IMG/VR virus record: IMGVR_UViG_3300020473_000013
Location: 160,854-224,853 of that record
Direction: 5' to 3' (one strand)
Length of the DNA stretch: 64,000 bases
Part shown: positions 44,499 through 54,979 of the stretch, piece after piece
How positions within the stretch are numbered: position 1 is the stretch's first letter
How the letters are laid out: every line of letters begins with the position of its first letter
The notes under the pieces: model-generated
The model's database searches: none
What the model was told of the DNA's origin: nothing
Seen by the model: the letters and a program-made list of their open reading frames with translations, nothing else
Program-made: the position numbers and the translations under genes

Positions 44499-47400
44499 AT
44501 GGCTGACAGAATAGCGAACGACATGCTAGACATGGCCAGGTCCTACGAGCCCCAGCATCGCGTTCCGATGTTGCAGGACCGAGCCAAGCAGGCGTTCCAG
44601 TCTGCGAAAAAGAAATTTGGCGGGTCCAAGTCGGCGCGTGAGGCTGCGGATACTCCCAAGTCTGGTCCCTCTAAAGCAAAAGAGGCCGGGTCGAACGCTA
44701 TTCAAGGCGGCCACGGCCTGGTCGGAGTGTTGCGCAAGTCGTTTGATAAGCGCGGTGATGAGGACGCTCGCCAGCATCGTGAGGTGATGCAGAGCCAGAG
44801 ACGCCAAACTTCGGCGCTTCGTGAAGTTCAAGGTAGTGTCTCCAGCATCCAGAACATGATGCAGAAGGATCGCTACGGGCCCAAGGTGGAGCCGTACAAG
44901 CGCGATCAGGAGGGTACCGGTGCATCGGTGCGCGAGCTTACCCAGCAGCTTGGTGAGCAACATCGCGAACTGATGCAGGAACTCCAGCAGATTCGCTATG
45001 CCATCATGAACATTGATGGTCTCGGCGGAGGCATGTTCGGCGGAGGCTGGGGAGGCCGCAGAGGGGGTAACCGTGGAGGCGGCCGCGGAGGCAATCGAGG
45101 CGGTGGCGGCTTTGGTCGCAATCGTGGCGCTAATCGCACGCCTCCTACTGCCAATCGTACAGGCGGCGCTCCTCGAATCGACACGCGAGCTACTACAGCG
45201 CGCAACGCTGCCCGCGCGGGCGGTACTCTCGATCTGGATATTCCGACTAATCGCTCCGGCGGGTCAGGGTCTCCTAGTACAAGATCGTCGTCAGCTAGCT
45301 GGGGAAGCCGACTCAAGAACGCTGTTACCGGAGCTACGCACGGCGGCGGATGGCGTACTCGCGCTCTGGAGGCTGCCCTAACAGGTGGTGCCGCGATCTA
45401 CACCGGCATTCAGATGTTTGGAGGCAGCGACACACCATCCACTGTGAGCGGCGGCAACAGCGGAAGTAGCGCCAATGTGCGTACAACCGGGCCCGTTACT
45501 GAGTCTACTGCGTGGTCTGGTTTGGGCAGTATCAGCCAGTCCAACGAGTCTACTGATGGTGTCCATACGATCAGCTCCGGGCGCGGCGATCACGGCGGTG
45601 TGAGCTATGGTGCGCACCAGTTAGCGTCCGCCAACGGTAGCATGACGGAGTTCTTGGAGTCATCTGAGGGTGCGCCCTTCGCTCCGGCTTTCCAAGGAAT
45701 GCGCCCCGGCTCTCAGCAGTTTAACCAGCGCTATGCTCAGGTTGCCGACGAGTATGAGACGGAGTTCGCCCGTGCTCAGTCCAACTACATCAAGCGCACC
45801 CATTACGAGCCGATGCTCGATAATGTGCGTGAGGGTTCCGGTGTTGATCTGTCGGGTCGCGGACCTGCCGTCCAGGAAATGCTCTACAGTACGGGCGTTC
45901 AGTACGGCACAGGTACCAGCGTCATTAACCGTGCGCTTCGCGGACAGAACGCGAATGCCATGTCCGACGCGGAGATCATCAATGCCGTCCAGAACTACAA
46001 GGCGCAGTCCGTCGGCCGCTACTTCCGCTCCTCTAGTGCCAACGTCCAGCAGTCGGTAGCACGCCGCGCCGTTCGCGAGAAAGGGCAGTTACTGGCGCTA
46101 AACGAGCAGTTCCAGAGCGGCGAACTCGACGGAATGATGGGTGCCCAAAGCGGGGACGAACTTGGCCCTGCTGTAGGCACAGGCGAGAGCGAAGCTCAGG
46201 TAGCCCAGACATCGCCTGCGCAAAACACGGCGTCTCCTCAACAGTCTGAATCTGACGGCTTGATGGGTAGCGCCACGGTGGCTGCCGCCGGTGTTGGAGC
46301 TGGCGCCCTTGCTTTGGGCGGTAAGTCGATGGTGCAGTCTGCGGCACCTACTCCTGCGGCTAGCGCTCCTGCTTCCACTCCGTCCGCTCCCACGTCTGCC
46401 CGAGCCGCTAGTGCTCCGCCCGCATCCATACGTGCCCCGTCCAGTACGGCCGCCCGCGCAGGAAACGCGGTACGTGGCGCCGCGAGTGGCGCTTCGTCTG
46501 CAGGCAAAGGCTTAATTCGACGGCTGCCTGGTGCTAACGTAGCGTTTGGTGCCATCGACGCTGCTATGGTGGTATCGGACGACTCACTCACGACAGGGGA
46601 GAAAGCTGGTGCTGTTACTGACATCGCTGGCGGCACTGCTGGGGGCGCTGTCGGTGCTCAAGCCGGCGCCGCAGCAGGAGGTGCGGTCGGTCTGCTGGGC
46701 GGTCCGCTTGCTCCTGTCACTGTGCCTGTTGGTGCAGCTATTGGTGGTATTGCCGGAGGCATAGGCGGCTACTGGGCTGGCTCCAACATGACCAAGAAGG
46801 CTCGCGAGTGGGTCTCGGGTTGGTGGGGCGATGAAGAGGATGAAGCTGACGTTGAGAGTTCCAGCAGCGTCTCAGGCAACTCGTCCGGATTTCTTGGTGC
46901 CGACGTTAGCAGTGCTGTGGAGCAAGCGCGTGAGTCCCAGAATGCGGATGTCGATAGTACAGGTTCCGTGCGCACTACAGGTTCCGCGCAGGAAATGCTG
47001 GCTCAGATTTCTCCTAGCACCCAACGGACGCTGGACGAGCTTCGCAACGGTACCGAGCAGCAGCGCAACATTGTCCAGAGTTCTGCACAGGCTTCTCAGG
47101 AGGCGGCAGATCGCGCAGTAGCCGCGCAGGAGGCAGCGACAGGCGCAACGCTCGACGCGGGCGCAGTACAATCCGCAGCTCAGGTGGCAGCATCCGTCGG
47201 TCTTGGTGCTGGAGCCTCCGCAGCAGGGGCTGGAGCTGATCGTTCCGTCGCAGGTCAAAATACCGTGCCGGGTCAGAACGTGAGCGGTGGATCGGGTGGT
47301 ATGTCCCTCGATCCGAAGACTGCCATGGCGGGAGCCGCTTTTAGCTCACTGTTTGGCATGAACCCGATGTCGATGACTCCGACCGGGTATGGTATGGCAG

Positions 47401-48107
47401 AGCGGTATGGAAATCGTCCTCCTGAAACTGCGCCTTCTCCTGCTCCGGAGCGCAGACCCGCTACTGTGCGCGAAGGTAATCAGGTAACGCACGACTTCAC
47501 AGGGCGCCAAGCTCCAAGTAGAGGTCCTGCTCCTCCGGAGTATACCGACGAAGACATTTCTACTCGTCCTGTTGGATCGTCTCCTGACAGCAGTGGGTAC
47601 GCAGCACAGAGAATGCAGGCTAGATCGGCTTCGCAGCGTCCTTCTCCGTCGCAGCCTGCGCGACGCACCAACGCTCGGGCAGCAAGCCGTTCGACGGGTC
47701 CTGCTCAAGGATTCATGGACAATGTTAGCAGTGTGTCCCCTATACCTGGCACCTCTCCCAGCCTAAGCGCAGGGGTGGCAGGCGCCGCGGCAGGCATGTC
47801 CGTATCGTCCGTATCGCAGTCTGGAAGAGGGTCGATTCCTGATCCCGCGACGAGCGCTTCCGACATTAGCACACGGACGGTTAACGAGACTCCGTCAGGA
47901 CGTTCTACGCACGATAGCGTTCGGAAGGTGATGATGGTTGATCCTACCGTCTCCAAGACGCATGAGCGCAAGGACTTGACTCAGGAGGGGCGCGCACCTA
48001 GCACTACGTCTACGTTCGAGGGTCGCAGCACCCAACCCAAGATCGACGACACTCCGGTGCTGGTCGCTGACTTCGGTCTTACATTCCTCAACACAGGGTT
48101 CATCTAA
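44499..48107 (+). CDS. Tape-measure/baseplate-hub protein with a peptidoglycan hydrolase (VgrG3-C-like lysozyme) domain and a Gly-zipper segment
   Basis: NES...ISSGRGDHGGVSYGAHQLAS, QEMLYSTGVQYG; GGTAGGAVGAQAGAAAGG...GAAIGGIAGG. Confidence 0.75.
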   Translation: MADRIANDMLDMARSYEPQHRVPMLQDRAKQAFQSAKKKFGGSKSAREAADTPKSGPSKAKEAGSNAIQGGHGLVGVLRKSFDKRGDEDARQHREVMQSQRRQTSALREVQGSVSSIQNMMQKDRYGPKVEPYKRDQEGTGASVRELTQQLGEQHRELMQELQQIRYAIMNIDGLGGGMFGGGWGGRRGGNRGGGRGGNRGGGGFGRNRGANRTPPTANRTGGAPRIDTRATTARNAARAGGTLDLDIPTNRSGGSGSPSTRSSSASWGSRLKNAVTGATHGGGWRTRALEAALTGGAAIYTGIQMFGGSDTPSTVSGGNSGSSANVRTTGPVTESTAWSGLGSISQSNESTDGVHTISSGRGDHGGVSYGAHQLASANGSMTEFLESSEGAPFAPAFQGMRPGSQQFNQRYAQVADEYETEFARAQSNYIKRTHYEPMLDNVREGSGVDLSGRGPAVQEMLYSTGVQYGTGTSVINRALRGQNANAMSDAEIINAVQNYKAQSVGRYFRSSSANVQQSVARRAVREKGQLLALNEQFQSGELDGMMGAQSGDELGPAVGTGESEAQVAQTSPAQNTASPQQSESDGLMGSATVAAAGVGAGALALGGKSMVQSAAPTPAASAPASTPSAPTSARAASAPPASIRAPSSTAARAGNAVRGAASGASSAGKGLIRRLPGANVAFGAIDAAMVVSDDSLTTGEKAGAVTDIAGGTAGGAVGAQAGAAAGGAVGLLGGPLAPVTVPVGAAIGGIAGGIGGYWAGSNMTKKAREWVSGWWGDEEDEADVESSSSVSGNSSGFLGADVSSAVEQARESQNADVDSTGSVRTTGSAQEMLAQISPSTQRTLDELRNGTEQQRNIVQSSAQASQEAADRAVAAQEAATGATLDAGAVQSAAQVAASVGLGAGASAAGAGADRSVAGQNTVPGQNVSGGSGGMSLDPKTAMAGAAFSSLFGMNPMSMTPTGYGMAERYGNRPPETAPSPAPERRPATVREGNQVTHDFTGRQAPSRGPAPPEYTDEDISTRPVGSSPDSSGYAAQRMQARSASQRPSPSQPARRTNARAASRSTGPAQGFMDNVSSVSPIPGTSPSLSAGVAGAAAGMSVSSVSQSGRGSIPDPATSASDISTRTVNETPSGRSTHDSVRKVMMVDPTVSKTHERKDLTQEGRAPSTTSTFEGRSTQPKIDDTPVLVADFGLTFLNTGFI

Positions 48108-48108
48108 T

Positions 48109-48822
48109 ATGCCAATCACCAACATCGGGGCCGCTATGGCCCCAGTCAAATCGGTGTCTGAGGTTGCCCCGTTCGGTGGGGTCGACGGCGGTTTCCCTGA
48201 CATGTATACGGCCGAGCTGGATGCCATTCTGCGTAGCGGGGAACGCATCACTATCAAAGCGCCCTTGCCAGAGAACTATCAGTTCCAGCTCTCGACTTCG
48301 TTCGACAACCCGTTCAACCAGCCACTCTCCAACTTCGCTGCACAGTTCGGTAACGGCGTTGGTCAGGCCACCGATGCTCTATCTACCGGTGTCTCGATGG
48401 CTACAGGGCGCAGCACGATCAATAAATGGTTCAGTGGTGCCGTGTGGACAGGTGGCAGCTTGTTCCAGATCACCGTGCCTTTCGTTATCCACGCCTACGA
48501 GGACACGAAGAAAGAGATCGTCGAAGTAATGCGTGACATGTTGAAGCTGGTAGCTCCTTCTGAGGCCACAGGCGGCTTCCTCATCGCGCCTGGTCCTACG
48601 ATGTCTCAGGCGTTTGAAATGACCAACGAAGGCGATGACATCACCATCCGCATCGGTAAGTTCTTCACCATGCGCCCGTGCGTTATTGAATCGGTCACTT
48701 GCGACTTCGATACGCAGATGGATGTGGACGGAGAGTCACCCTTGTCCGCCACCATTACCGTGAATGCCATGTCCTTCTGGGCCACCACCAAGCAGGACCT
48801 CGACTCTTACTTCAAGGTGTGA
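48109..48822 (+). CDS. Baseplate/tube-initiator protein (gp48-like)
   Basis: Position after the TMP; IRIGKFFTMRPCVIESVTCDFD..PLSATITV. Confidence 0.6.
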   Translation: MPITNIGAAMAPVKSVSEVAPFGGVDGGFPDMYTAELDAILRSGERITIKAPLPENYQFQLSTSFDNPFNQPLSNFAAQFGNGVGQATDALSTGVSMATGRSTINKWFSGAVWTGGSLFQITVPFVIHAYEDTKKEIVEVMRDMLKLVAPSEATGGFLIAPGPTMSQAFEMTNEGDDITIRIGKFFTMRPCVIESVTCDFDTQMDVDGESPLSATITVNAMSFWATTKQDLDSYFKV

Positions 48823-48825
48823 TCC

Positions 48826-49155
48826 ATGTCTATCCTACGTAGAAACGAGCACGTGGTTGTGGACAATCTCGGTATGGACCCGCTTCGCGATTCTTCGTTC
48901 GAGCATATCCGCAACATTGCCGACTGGACGTACTTCACGGTTACCGATGCGGAGAAATTCAACGCTCCGTTGATCGCGCACAACATGTACGACAGTCCTG
49001 ACATGTGGTGGGTCATTTTGGTTTACAACGGGATTCCAGATGCCTTTTCCCTTACGCCAGGAACACGGCTAAAGATTCCCAACCAGAACGCGGTTATCTC
49101 GGCTCTATCCGTGGAGCAGGAGAAAGCTCCCATCAACTCGGTAAGAGAGCTATAA
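48826..49155 (+). CDS. Baseplate wedge protein (gp53/LysM-like)
   Basis: LIAHNMYDSPDMWWVILVYNGI...LTPGTRLKIP. Confidence 0.8.
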   Translation: MSILRRNEHVVVDNLGMDPLRDSSFEHIRNIADWTYFTVTDAEKFNAPLIAHNMYDSPDMWWVILVYNGIPDAFSLTPGTRLKIPNQNAVISALSVEQEKAPINSVREL

Positions 49156-49156
49156 T

Positions 49157-51886
49157 ATGGAAGCCGTCCTTCACGTCCAAAATCTTGCGTTCTGCAAGAT
49201 CGAAATTGAAGATTCGCCTATGCCGGCGTCCTTCAACTTGATCGACCATATCGTCATTCAGGAAGGGTTCGGTATTGCGGTACCAACCTTGACCCTTTAC
49301 CTGTTCGATCAGACAGGTTCTCTCCAGAATGAAATGAACCTCGTTCAGGGTACCAAGTGTACCATCTCACTCGCACGAAACGGACAGCAGGACCGCATTA
49401 TCAAGCGCACGTTTAGCCTCTGGGGCATGACCAAAGGGGTTACGGATAGCGGTCCCCACCTCCAGGTCACCTTCATCCTAGAGGTGCCTAAGTGGAGCGC
49501 AGGCGTCTACTGTGAGAACTTCCGGGGATCGTCCGACAACGCCATGTCACAAATCGCGTCTCGCGCAGGTCTCAAGTATAGTGGGCCTGGCGGGACCGAC
49601 GACAACATGAACTGGCTCAACGTCAACACGACACGGAGCAACTTCTCCGAAGACGTGGCCATGCGCGGCTACCGGGGCACCAGTAGTTGTATGGCTCGCG
49701 TTCTGACCATGAATAGTGAGCTTCGGTACAAGGACATCTTCGAGAAGCTGAAAGAGCAGGAGACTGGGACGCTGCTCCTCAACATGGAGGACGAGGGTCC
49801 CAATCCGTACCCTGTGAAGGAGACCGAGCACTGCTCCTTGAGTGGTGTCATGGCCCACTGGTTCAACTATGGTCAGATTCAACATGAACACTCTCTGGAC
49901 AGCAAGGGCCAGCAGAAGACGGACAAGATTTCGGCACCCGTCTTAGGCGATTCGTTTCCGCTTAGTGACCGCATTAAGGGCATGATCTCCGACGCGGTGG
50001 CTGCGCGTGTGACGTACACCGGTATGGACCCCGGCACTGAGCCGAAGCCGAACTCCAACATCCACAACAAATACGAGACGGCCTTCTACCAGAACCTTCG
50101 CGGACTCGGCCTGTTCTGTGAGCGCATTCGCTCCATGATCACGGTGATGAGTGACATCTACAGTCTGGATTGTGTTCACTATAAACAGCGTGATCCTGTA
50201 GGGCACCAGTTCGTACCTAGCAAGACTATCAACGGTAAATACCTAGTGGCAGGTAAGACCATCCGTATCAAGAACGGTCACGTCTACAGCGAGGTGCTTG
50301 ATCTTGTGCGTCCGTACGTGTCCAATCCAGGCATGAGTAATCAGACCTCTGGCGCTCAGGGTCGTACCCAGGTTCCAGCTAACGAAGGACCGTTTGATCT
50401 GGCTAGCGAGCGTGAACAGAGACTCTCCGAGACGCCTGTGGCTAATGCTATGCCTCGTCCGACAGTCGATCCCGCAGCGAATGAAGTTGACTCAGCTCGC
50501 GGCCTGATGAACTCGCTGGAGGAGTACGACTCGGTGAACCCTGCAATACCTGATACTCCGCTCGGAGGTCCGGGTGGGTTGAGTCCCAGCTCTCCTGTGT
50601 CGTTGTCCGGGGCGAAGATTCGTAACGCTATAGGGGAGGTCAACCGCGTCAACCGCACGTTGTCGGACGTGATCGACAGTTCCAACAGCGGGTTCGACCC
50701 GACGCAGAGTCATACCATAAAGCGTATTGCGTCTGAGGCTATCTCGACTTCGGCCAACGGCACTATCAACGCGATGAAGCGGTACGCTGAGGAAACGGGG
50801 CGCATCATAGACTCTCCAGAGAACCTGCCTGACTCATTCCTCCGCGATACAATCGTGAGCGTTGAGAAGCCTATTCTGGACCGCTATTCTATGGATGGCA
50901 CCGAGCTGAAAGAAGACCTATTCCGATCCATCGTCTCCCCTGTGAGTGCTGTTGGGCTCGAAGTGGACGATCTGTTGGGTGACATTCAGAACGGCGGTGT
51001 GTTCGTCGAGGACTTCCTGCGGAATGGACTGGATGACCCGTCTAGCTTCTTTGAGGATAAGGCGGTCAACGCTATCGAACAGGTTGCCAACAAAGGCGCC
51101 AACTTCGCATTTCCTGCTTCGCAGTTTGGGCTCGGAGCCAGCGACGTTGCAATCAACCCGAAGAAAGTGGCCGACTTCGTTATCGAGTACGCGGAGAGCA
51201 ACAAGAACCCACAGGAGTTCCTCAAGGAGAAAGGTGCTGAGGCGTACCAGCGTGTGTTCGGCAACAAGCCTCCTACAGACGCCAAGACCGCAATAGACGA
51301 TCTGGGCGAAGCAGCCAAGCGCGTGGCCGAGAAGTTCGGGGACAACGAGTTCCTTGTGGATGGTGCGAATGCGGTGTCCGACGTGGCCGACATCGTTACA
51401 GACCGAAACGTCCAGACCGTGTTTGACGAGGATGCCAGCAAGGAGCGCCGCTTAAAAGCCGCCCGCGATGCGCTGTCCATCAAGGACCCAACAGCTACGA
51501 TCAAGACATCGAGGCTAGGCGGGTTCGAGTCTAGCACTCGGTTGAACGTGGACAAGGCTATCGAAATTGCCAGCCGTAGGTCTGGCGATACGGACTACTC
51601 CGAGACGTTAGACTTCCAGTTCGGTCAGACGGGTGTGTCACCTCTTGTCGAGCGCGTCGTATCCAAAGGTCGCGATCAGGAATACTCGGAAGCCGAAGTC
51701 ATCGAGACGGTACGTGAAGCCTTGTCTTGGGCACAGTACACACGCATCGGCAACAACGAAGCGAAGAAGCAGGGGACCGAGGATGAGGAACACCATTGGG
51801 AATTCCCGTTCTCTATCCCGTTTGAGATTTACGAGGAAGGAGAAGGGATTGCGTTCGACATAAGTGACGCTCCGCCCGACTTTTAA
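49157..51886 (+). CDS. Baseplate hub protein (gp27/GpD-like) with a long C-terminal extension
   Basis: Position; N-terminal PTLTLYLFD; NGKYLVAGKTIRI..EVLDLVR hub end at about residue 385. Confidence 0.6.
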   Translation: MEAVLHVQNLAFCKIEIEDSPMPASFNLIDHIVIQEGFGIAVPTLTLYLFDQTGSLQNEMNLVQGTKCTISLARNGQQDRIIKRTFSLWGMTKGVTDSGPHLQVTFILEVPKWSAGVYCENFRGSSDNAMSQIASRAGLKYSGPGGTDDNMNWLNVNTTRSNFSEDVAMRGYRGTSSCMARVLTMNSELRYKDIFEKLKEQETGTLLLNMEDEGPNPYPVKETEHCSLSGVMAHWFNYGQIQHEHSLDSKGQQKTDKISAPVLGDSFPLSDRIKGMISDAVAARVTYTGMDPGTEPKPNSNIHNKYETAFYQNLRGLGLFCERIRSMITVMSDIYSLDCVHYKQRDPVGHQFVPSKTINGKYLVAGKTIRIKNGHVYSEVLDLVRPYVSNPGMSNQTSGAQGRTQVPANEGPFDLASEREQRLSETPVANAMPRPTVDPAANEVDSARGLMNSLEEYDSVNPAIPDTPLGGPGGLSPSSPVSLSGAKIRNAIGEVNRVNRTLSDVIDSSNSGFDPTQSHTIKRIASEAISTSANGTINAMKRYAEETGRIIDSPENLPDSFLRDTIVSVEKPILDRYSMDGTELKEDLFRSIVSPVSAVGLEVDDLLGDIQNGGVFVEDFLRNGLDDPSSFFEDKAVNAIEQVANKGANFAFPASQFGLGASDVAINPKKVADFVIEYAESNKNPQEFLKEKGAEAYQRVFGNKPPTDAKTAIDDLGEAAKRVAEKFGDNEFLVDGANAVSDVADIVTDRNVQTVFDEDASKERRLKAARDALSIKDPTATIKTSRLGGFESSTRLNVDKAIEIASRRSGDTDYSETLDFQFGQTGVSPLVERVVSKGRDQEYSEAEVIETVREALSWAQYTRIGNNEAKKQGTEDEEHHWEFPFSIPFEIYEEGEGIAFDISDAPPDF

Positions 51887-51904
51887 ACTGTAAAAAGACC
51901 GTGT

Positions 51905-51931
51905 GCGGACGGCTTCCTGTCGTCCGCTTTT
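51905..51931 (+). terminator. Intrinsic terminator-like hairpin
   Basis: GCGGACGG...TCGTCCGC followed by TTTT. Confidence 0.7.
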
Positions 51932-51958
51932 CTCCCATTGTAACCACAGAGAGATCGC

Positions 51959-53755
51959 ATGTCCACACCTGTAGCTTTAGGCCCCACTCTTCCCATCTCC
52001 GAAGAAATCCATCGCACCAAGTACCGCCAGGACGGCGAGACTTTCCGTGAGGCGATGGGGCGTATCGCCAGCACGCTGTCCGACGGCGAGCGGCACTTCT
52101 ACGAATTTCGTGACATCATCCTTCACCAGCGTTTCATGCCGGCTGGCCGTGTGCAGAGCGCCATCGGCAGTCCGCGTCAGACCACAGCCTACAACTGTTT
52201 CGTCAGCCCGCCCATTCCTGATAGCATGGATGGCATCATGGACTGCGCCAAGTTGGCAGCACGCACCATGCGTATGGGTGGCGGTATCGGTTACGACTTT
52301 TCTACCCTGCGTCCTGCTGGCGACCTGATCGTCAGTCTGGAGAGCTCCAGCAGCGGTCCCGTCAGCTTCATGGACATCTTCGATTCCGTGTGTGGGACCA
52401 TCTCCAGCTCAGGTCATCGTCGTGGCGCACAGATGGGCGTGCTGCGTGTCGATCATCCCGACATCGAACAGTTCGTCGAAGCCAAGACCAACAGCAACAA
52501 GCTGACCAACTTCAACATCAGCGTTGGCGTGACCGATGAGTTTATGACGGCGGTGCGTAATAAGGAGCAGTTCGACCTGCGCTTTGACGGTAAGGTGTAC
52601 AAGCGTATCGACGCCCACGCCCTGTGGGAAAAGATCATGCGTGCCACCTGGGACTGGGCGGAGCCTGGCATCCTGTTCATTGATCGCATCAACGAAATGA
52701 ACAACCTGTGGTACTGCGAGACTATCGCCGCCACCAACCCGTGCGCTGAGCAACCGTTGCCGCCGTATGGTGCGTGCCTGCTCGGGTCGTTCAACCTCGT
52801 CAAGTATCTCATCCCGAACCTGATTCGTGACGAAGGCGAGGCGCCGTTCGACTTCGACTGGGATGCTTTCCGCGCAGACATTCCGAATGTCATCCGCGCC
52901 ATGGATAACGTGGTCGATCGTACCATCTATCCTCTGCCGGAGCAGCGCCAGGAAGCGGAAAGCAAGCGCCGCATGGGCATCGGCATCACGGGCTTCGCGA
53001 ACACAAGTGAGGCTATCGGTTACACGTACGGCTCTCCGGAGTGTCTGGCATTCGAGGACGAACTTCTGGAAATGCTGGCGAACGAGGCATACCTCGCATC
53101 CTCCGACCTGGCCGTCGAGAAAGGCAGTTTTCCGCTGTTCAATGCGGACAAGTATCTGGAAGGCAAGTTCATCCAGACCTTGCGCCCCGAAGTACGCGAG
53201 CGCATCCGGCGCAACGGTCTGCGTAACAGCCACCTGCTGTCCATCGCGCCCACAGGCACTATCAGCCTCAGCGCCGACAACGTGAGCAGCGGTATCGAAC
53301 CTCCGTTCATGCACTACTTCGACCGTACCGTCATTCAGTCTGACGGAAGCCAGAAGGTTGAGCGCGTGGATGACTATGCCTATCGCGAACTCAAGATCGA
53401 AGGCCGTACAGCCAATGAGTGTTCCGTGAAGGAGCACCTGGACGTCCTGATCGTGGGAAGCCGCTGGGTGGACAGCGCCGTCTCCAAGACTCTTAACGTT
53501 GGCGATCACGTCACGTGGGAGGAGTTCAAGGACATCTACATGACAGCGTGGCTGCACGGATGTAAGGGCTGCACTACGTTCCGCGCAGCAGGCAAGCGCT
53601 TCGGTATCCTTAATGCAGCTTCGGACGAAGGCGAAGAAGAACAGGACGCTCCGGCCATGGGTGATGCCGTCGATACTTCCGATGAGCTTCAGGAACAACA
53701 GGAAGGTGCCTCCTGTACGTTCGATCCGGCTTCAGGCCGTCGCACCTGTGAGTAA
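51959..53755 (+). CDS. nrdJ: Class II (B12-dependent) ribonucleotide reductase
   Basis: FMPAGRV, AYNCFV, GGGIGYDFS, TNPCAEQPL, IAPTGTIS, C-terminal CTFD...TCE; no ATP cone; no nrdB nearby. Confidence 0.9.
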   Translation: MSTPVALGPTLPISEEIHRTKYRQDGETFREAMGRIASTLSDGERHFYEFRDIILHQRFMPAGRVQSAIGSPRQTTAYNCFVSPPIPDSMDGIMDCAKLAARTMRMGGGIGYDFSTLRPAGDLIVSLESSSSGPVSFMDIFDSVCGTISSSGHRRGAQMGVLRVDHPDIEQFVEAKTNSNKLTNFNISVGVTDEFMTAVRNKEQFDLRFDGKVYKRIDAHALWEKIMRATWDWAEPGILFIDRINEMNNLWYCETIAATNPCAEQPLPPYGACLLGSFNLVKYLIPNLIRDEGEAPFDFDWDAFRADIPNVIRAMDNVVDRTIYPLPEQRQEAESKRRMGIGITGFANTSEAIGYTYGSPECLAFEDELLEMLANEAYLASSDLAVEKGSFPLFNADKYLEGKFIQTLRPEVRERIRRNGLRNSHLLSIAPTGTISLSADNVSSGIEPPFMHYFDRTVIQSDGSQKVERVDDYAYRELKIEGRTANECSVKEHLDVLIVGSRWVDSAVSKTLNVGDHVTWEEFKDIYMTAWLHGCKGCTTFRAAGKRFGILNAASDEGEEEQDAPAMGDAVDTSDELQEQQEGASCTFDPASGRRTCE

Positions 53756-54059
53756 TAGTCCTTGCGTAGGCGTCTGCAAGCTCCAGAATGGTATTTGTTC
53801 CGGTTGCGAGCGGACGCTCCATGAAATATCCGAATGGGGAAAGATGCCTATGTCCGATCGTATGGACCTGATGCGTAAGCTGGAAGGTCAGTCGTCCACG
53901 CATAGTTGTCCGTCGTGCGGTGCGGCAAGCTACTGCGCTATGGAGGCAGGTAAGAGCGCCAATACCTGTTGGTGTATGACGGTAGAAGTGACTGACCCCA
54001 AGAAGATGAACATGGACTCCGAGCGCTGCATGTGCCGGACATGTCTACGAAGTCAGTGA
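53748..54059 (+). CDS. Cys-rich protein: DUF1289-like plus CWC-type domain fusion
   Basis: SPCVGVCKL..ICSGCERTLHEISEW; CPSCG...C...CWC...CMCRTC; GTG overlaps the nrdJ end. Confidence 0.75.
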   Translation: MSNSPCVGVCKLQNGICSGCERTLHEISEWGKMPMSDRMDLMRKLEGQSSTHSCPSCGAASYCAMEAGKSANTCWCMTVEVTDPKKMNMDSERCMCRTCLRSQ

Positions 54060-54069
54060 AGATGTAAAT

Positions 54070-54103
54070 AAAGGGCAGACAGCCGTGAGTTGTCTGCCCT
54101 TTT
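54070..54103 (+). terminator. Intrinsic terminator
   Basis: AAAGGGCAGAC...GTCTGCCCTTTT. Confidence 0.8.
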
Positions 54104-54118
54104 TGTTTGGAGGCAAGC

Positions 54119-54979
54119 ATGACACGTAGGTACCTTGATGTGGACCCTATGCGACTGGAGAACGCCATCACTCCTGAGCAGGTTATCATGGCGACGATGG
54201 ATCAAATACGCAACACGGTGAGCGACTTCGATCTTGAGCGCATGCCGACGATTAGCGCGAGTCCCCTGCAAGGGTGGCCGTTCAAACCTGAGGACTATCT
54301 TAGCTCCGCTATTCGCCATCTCTATAGCATGGTCAGCTCCGATAAGGAGTTTGCGGCTCACGTTCGTATGTTGATGTCCTTGTATGGACGTTGGAACGGT
54401 AAGGACTACCCGCCTCCCTTGAGAGTGGAGCTAAGTGGGCGTAACGATGAGGTTATCGTCCGTTACGAAAAATGCCGTATTTCCTTCCCGTACAACAAGC
54501 CGCTAATGCGGCCCCGCTTGGACTGGCACGACTACTTCATGGATCAAGCCCTGAATGCTAGCGAGCGTAGTACCTGCGCGTCTGGTCGTCGGGTAGGTAG
54601 TGTGTTCGTCAAAGACAAAGTGCCTCTCATGAGTGGGTTTAACGGAGTGCCTCCGAACTACCCTCACCCTAAGGTATGCCCGCGTATCGAAGCTGGGTGT
54701 AAGTCAGGCGAAGGGCTTGATATGTGTCCGTGCAACCACGCGGAGAAGAACGCTATCAATCTGGCGGCGAAGCATGGTGTTTCTTTGCACGGCTCCACCC
54801 TGTATTGTACCACGCGACCCTGCTTCGGTTGTATGGGTGATCTGGCTGTCGCCGGGGTAGAGCGCGTCATCTACCTGCAGGATTATCCAAACGAGACGAG
54901 CACGCTGATCGCTCATCACGCTGATATTCAAGTCCAACATATTTCGGAGGCCAAGAATGGAAATCGAGATTCCGCTTAA
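54119..54979 (+). CDS. dCMP deaminase (ComEB-like) with an N-terminal extension of about 130 aa
   Basis: WHDYFM, RSTC, GFNG.P, HAEKNA, PCFGC. Confidence 0.88.
   Translation: MTRRYLDVDPMRLENAITPEQVIMATMDQIRNTVSDFDLERMPTISASPLQGWPFKPEDYLSSAIRHLYSMVSSDKEFAAHVRMLMSLYGRWNGKDYPPPLRVELSGRNDEVIVRYEKCRISFPYNKPLMRPRLDWHDYFMDQALNASERSTCASGRRVGSVFVKDKVPLMSGFNGVPPNYPHPKVCPRIEAGCKSGEGLDMCPCNHAEKNAINLAAKHGVSLHGSTLYCTTRPCFGCMGDLAVAGVERVIYLQDYPNETSTLIAHHADIQVQHISEAKNGNRDSA

Noticed and set aside
51959-53755. Inteins in NrdJ, PolA or the helicase
   Set aside because: Lengths and motif spacing are normal, and no intein terminal (C...HN) blocks were seen.
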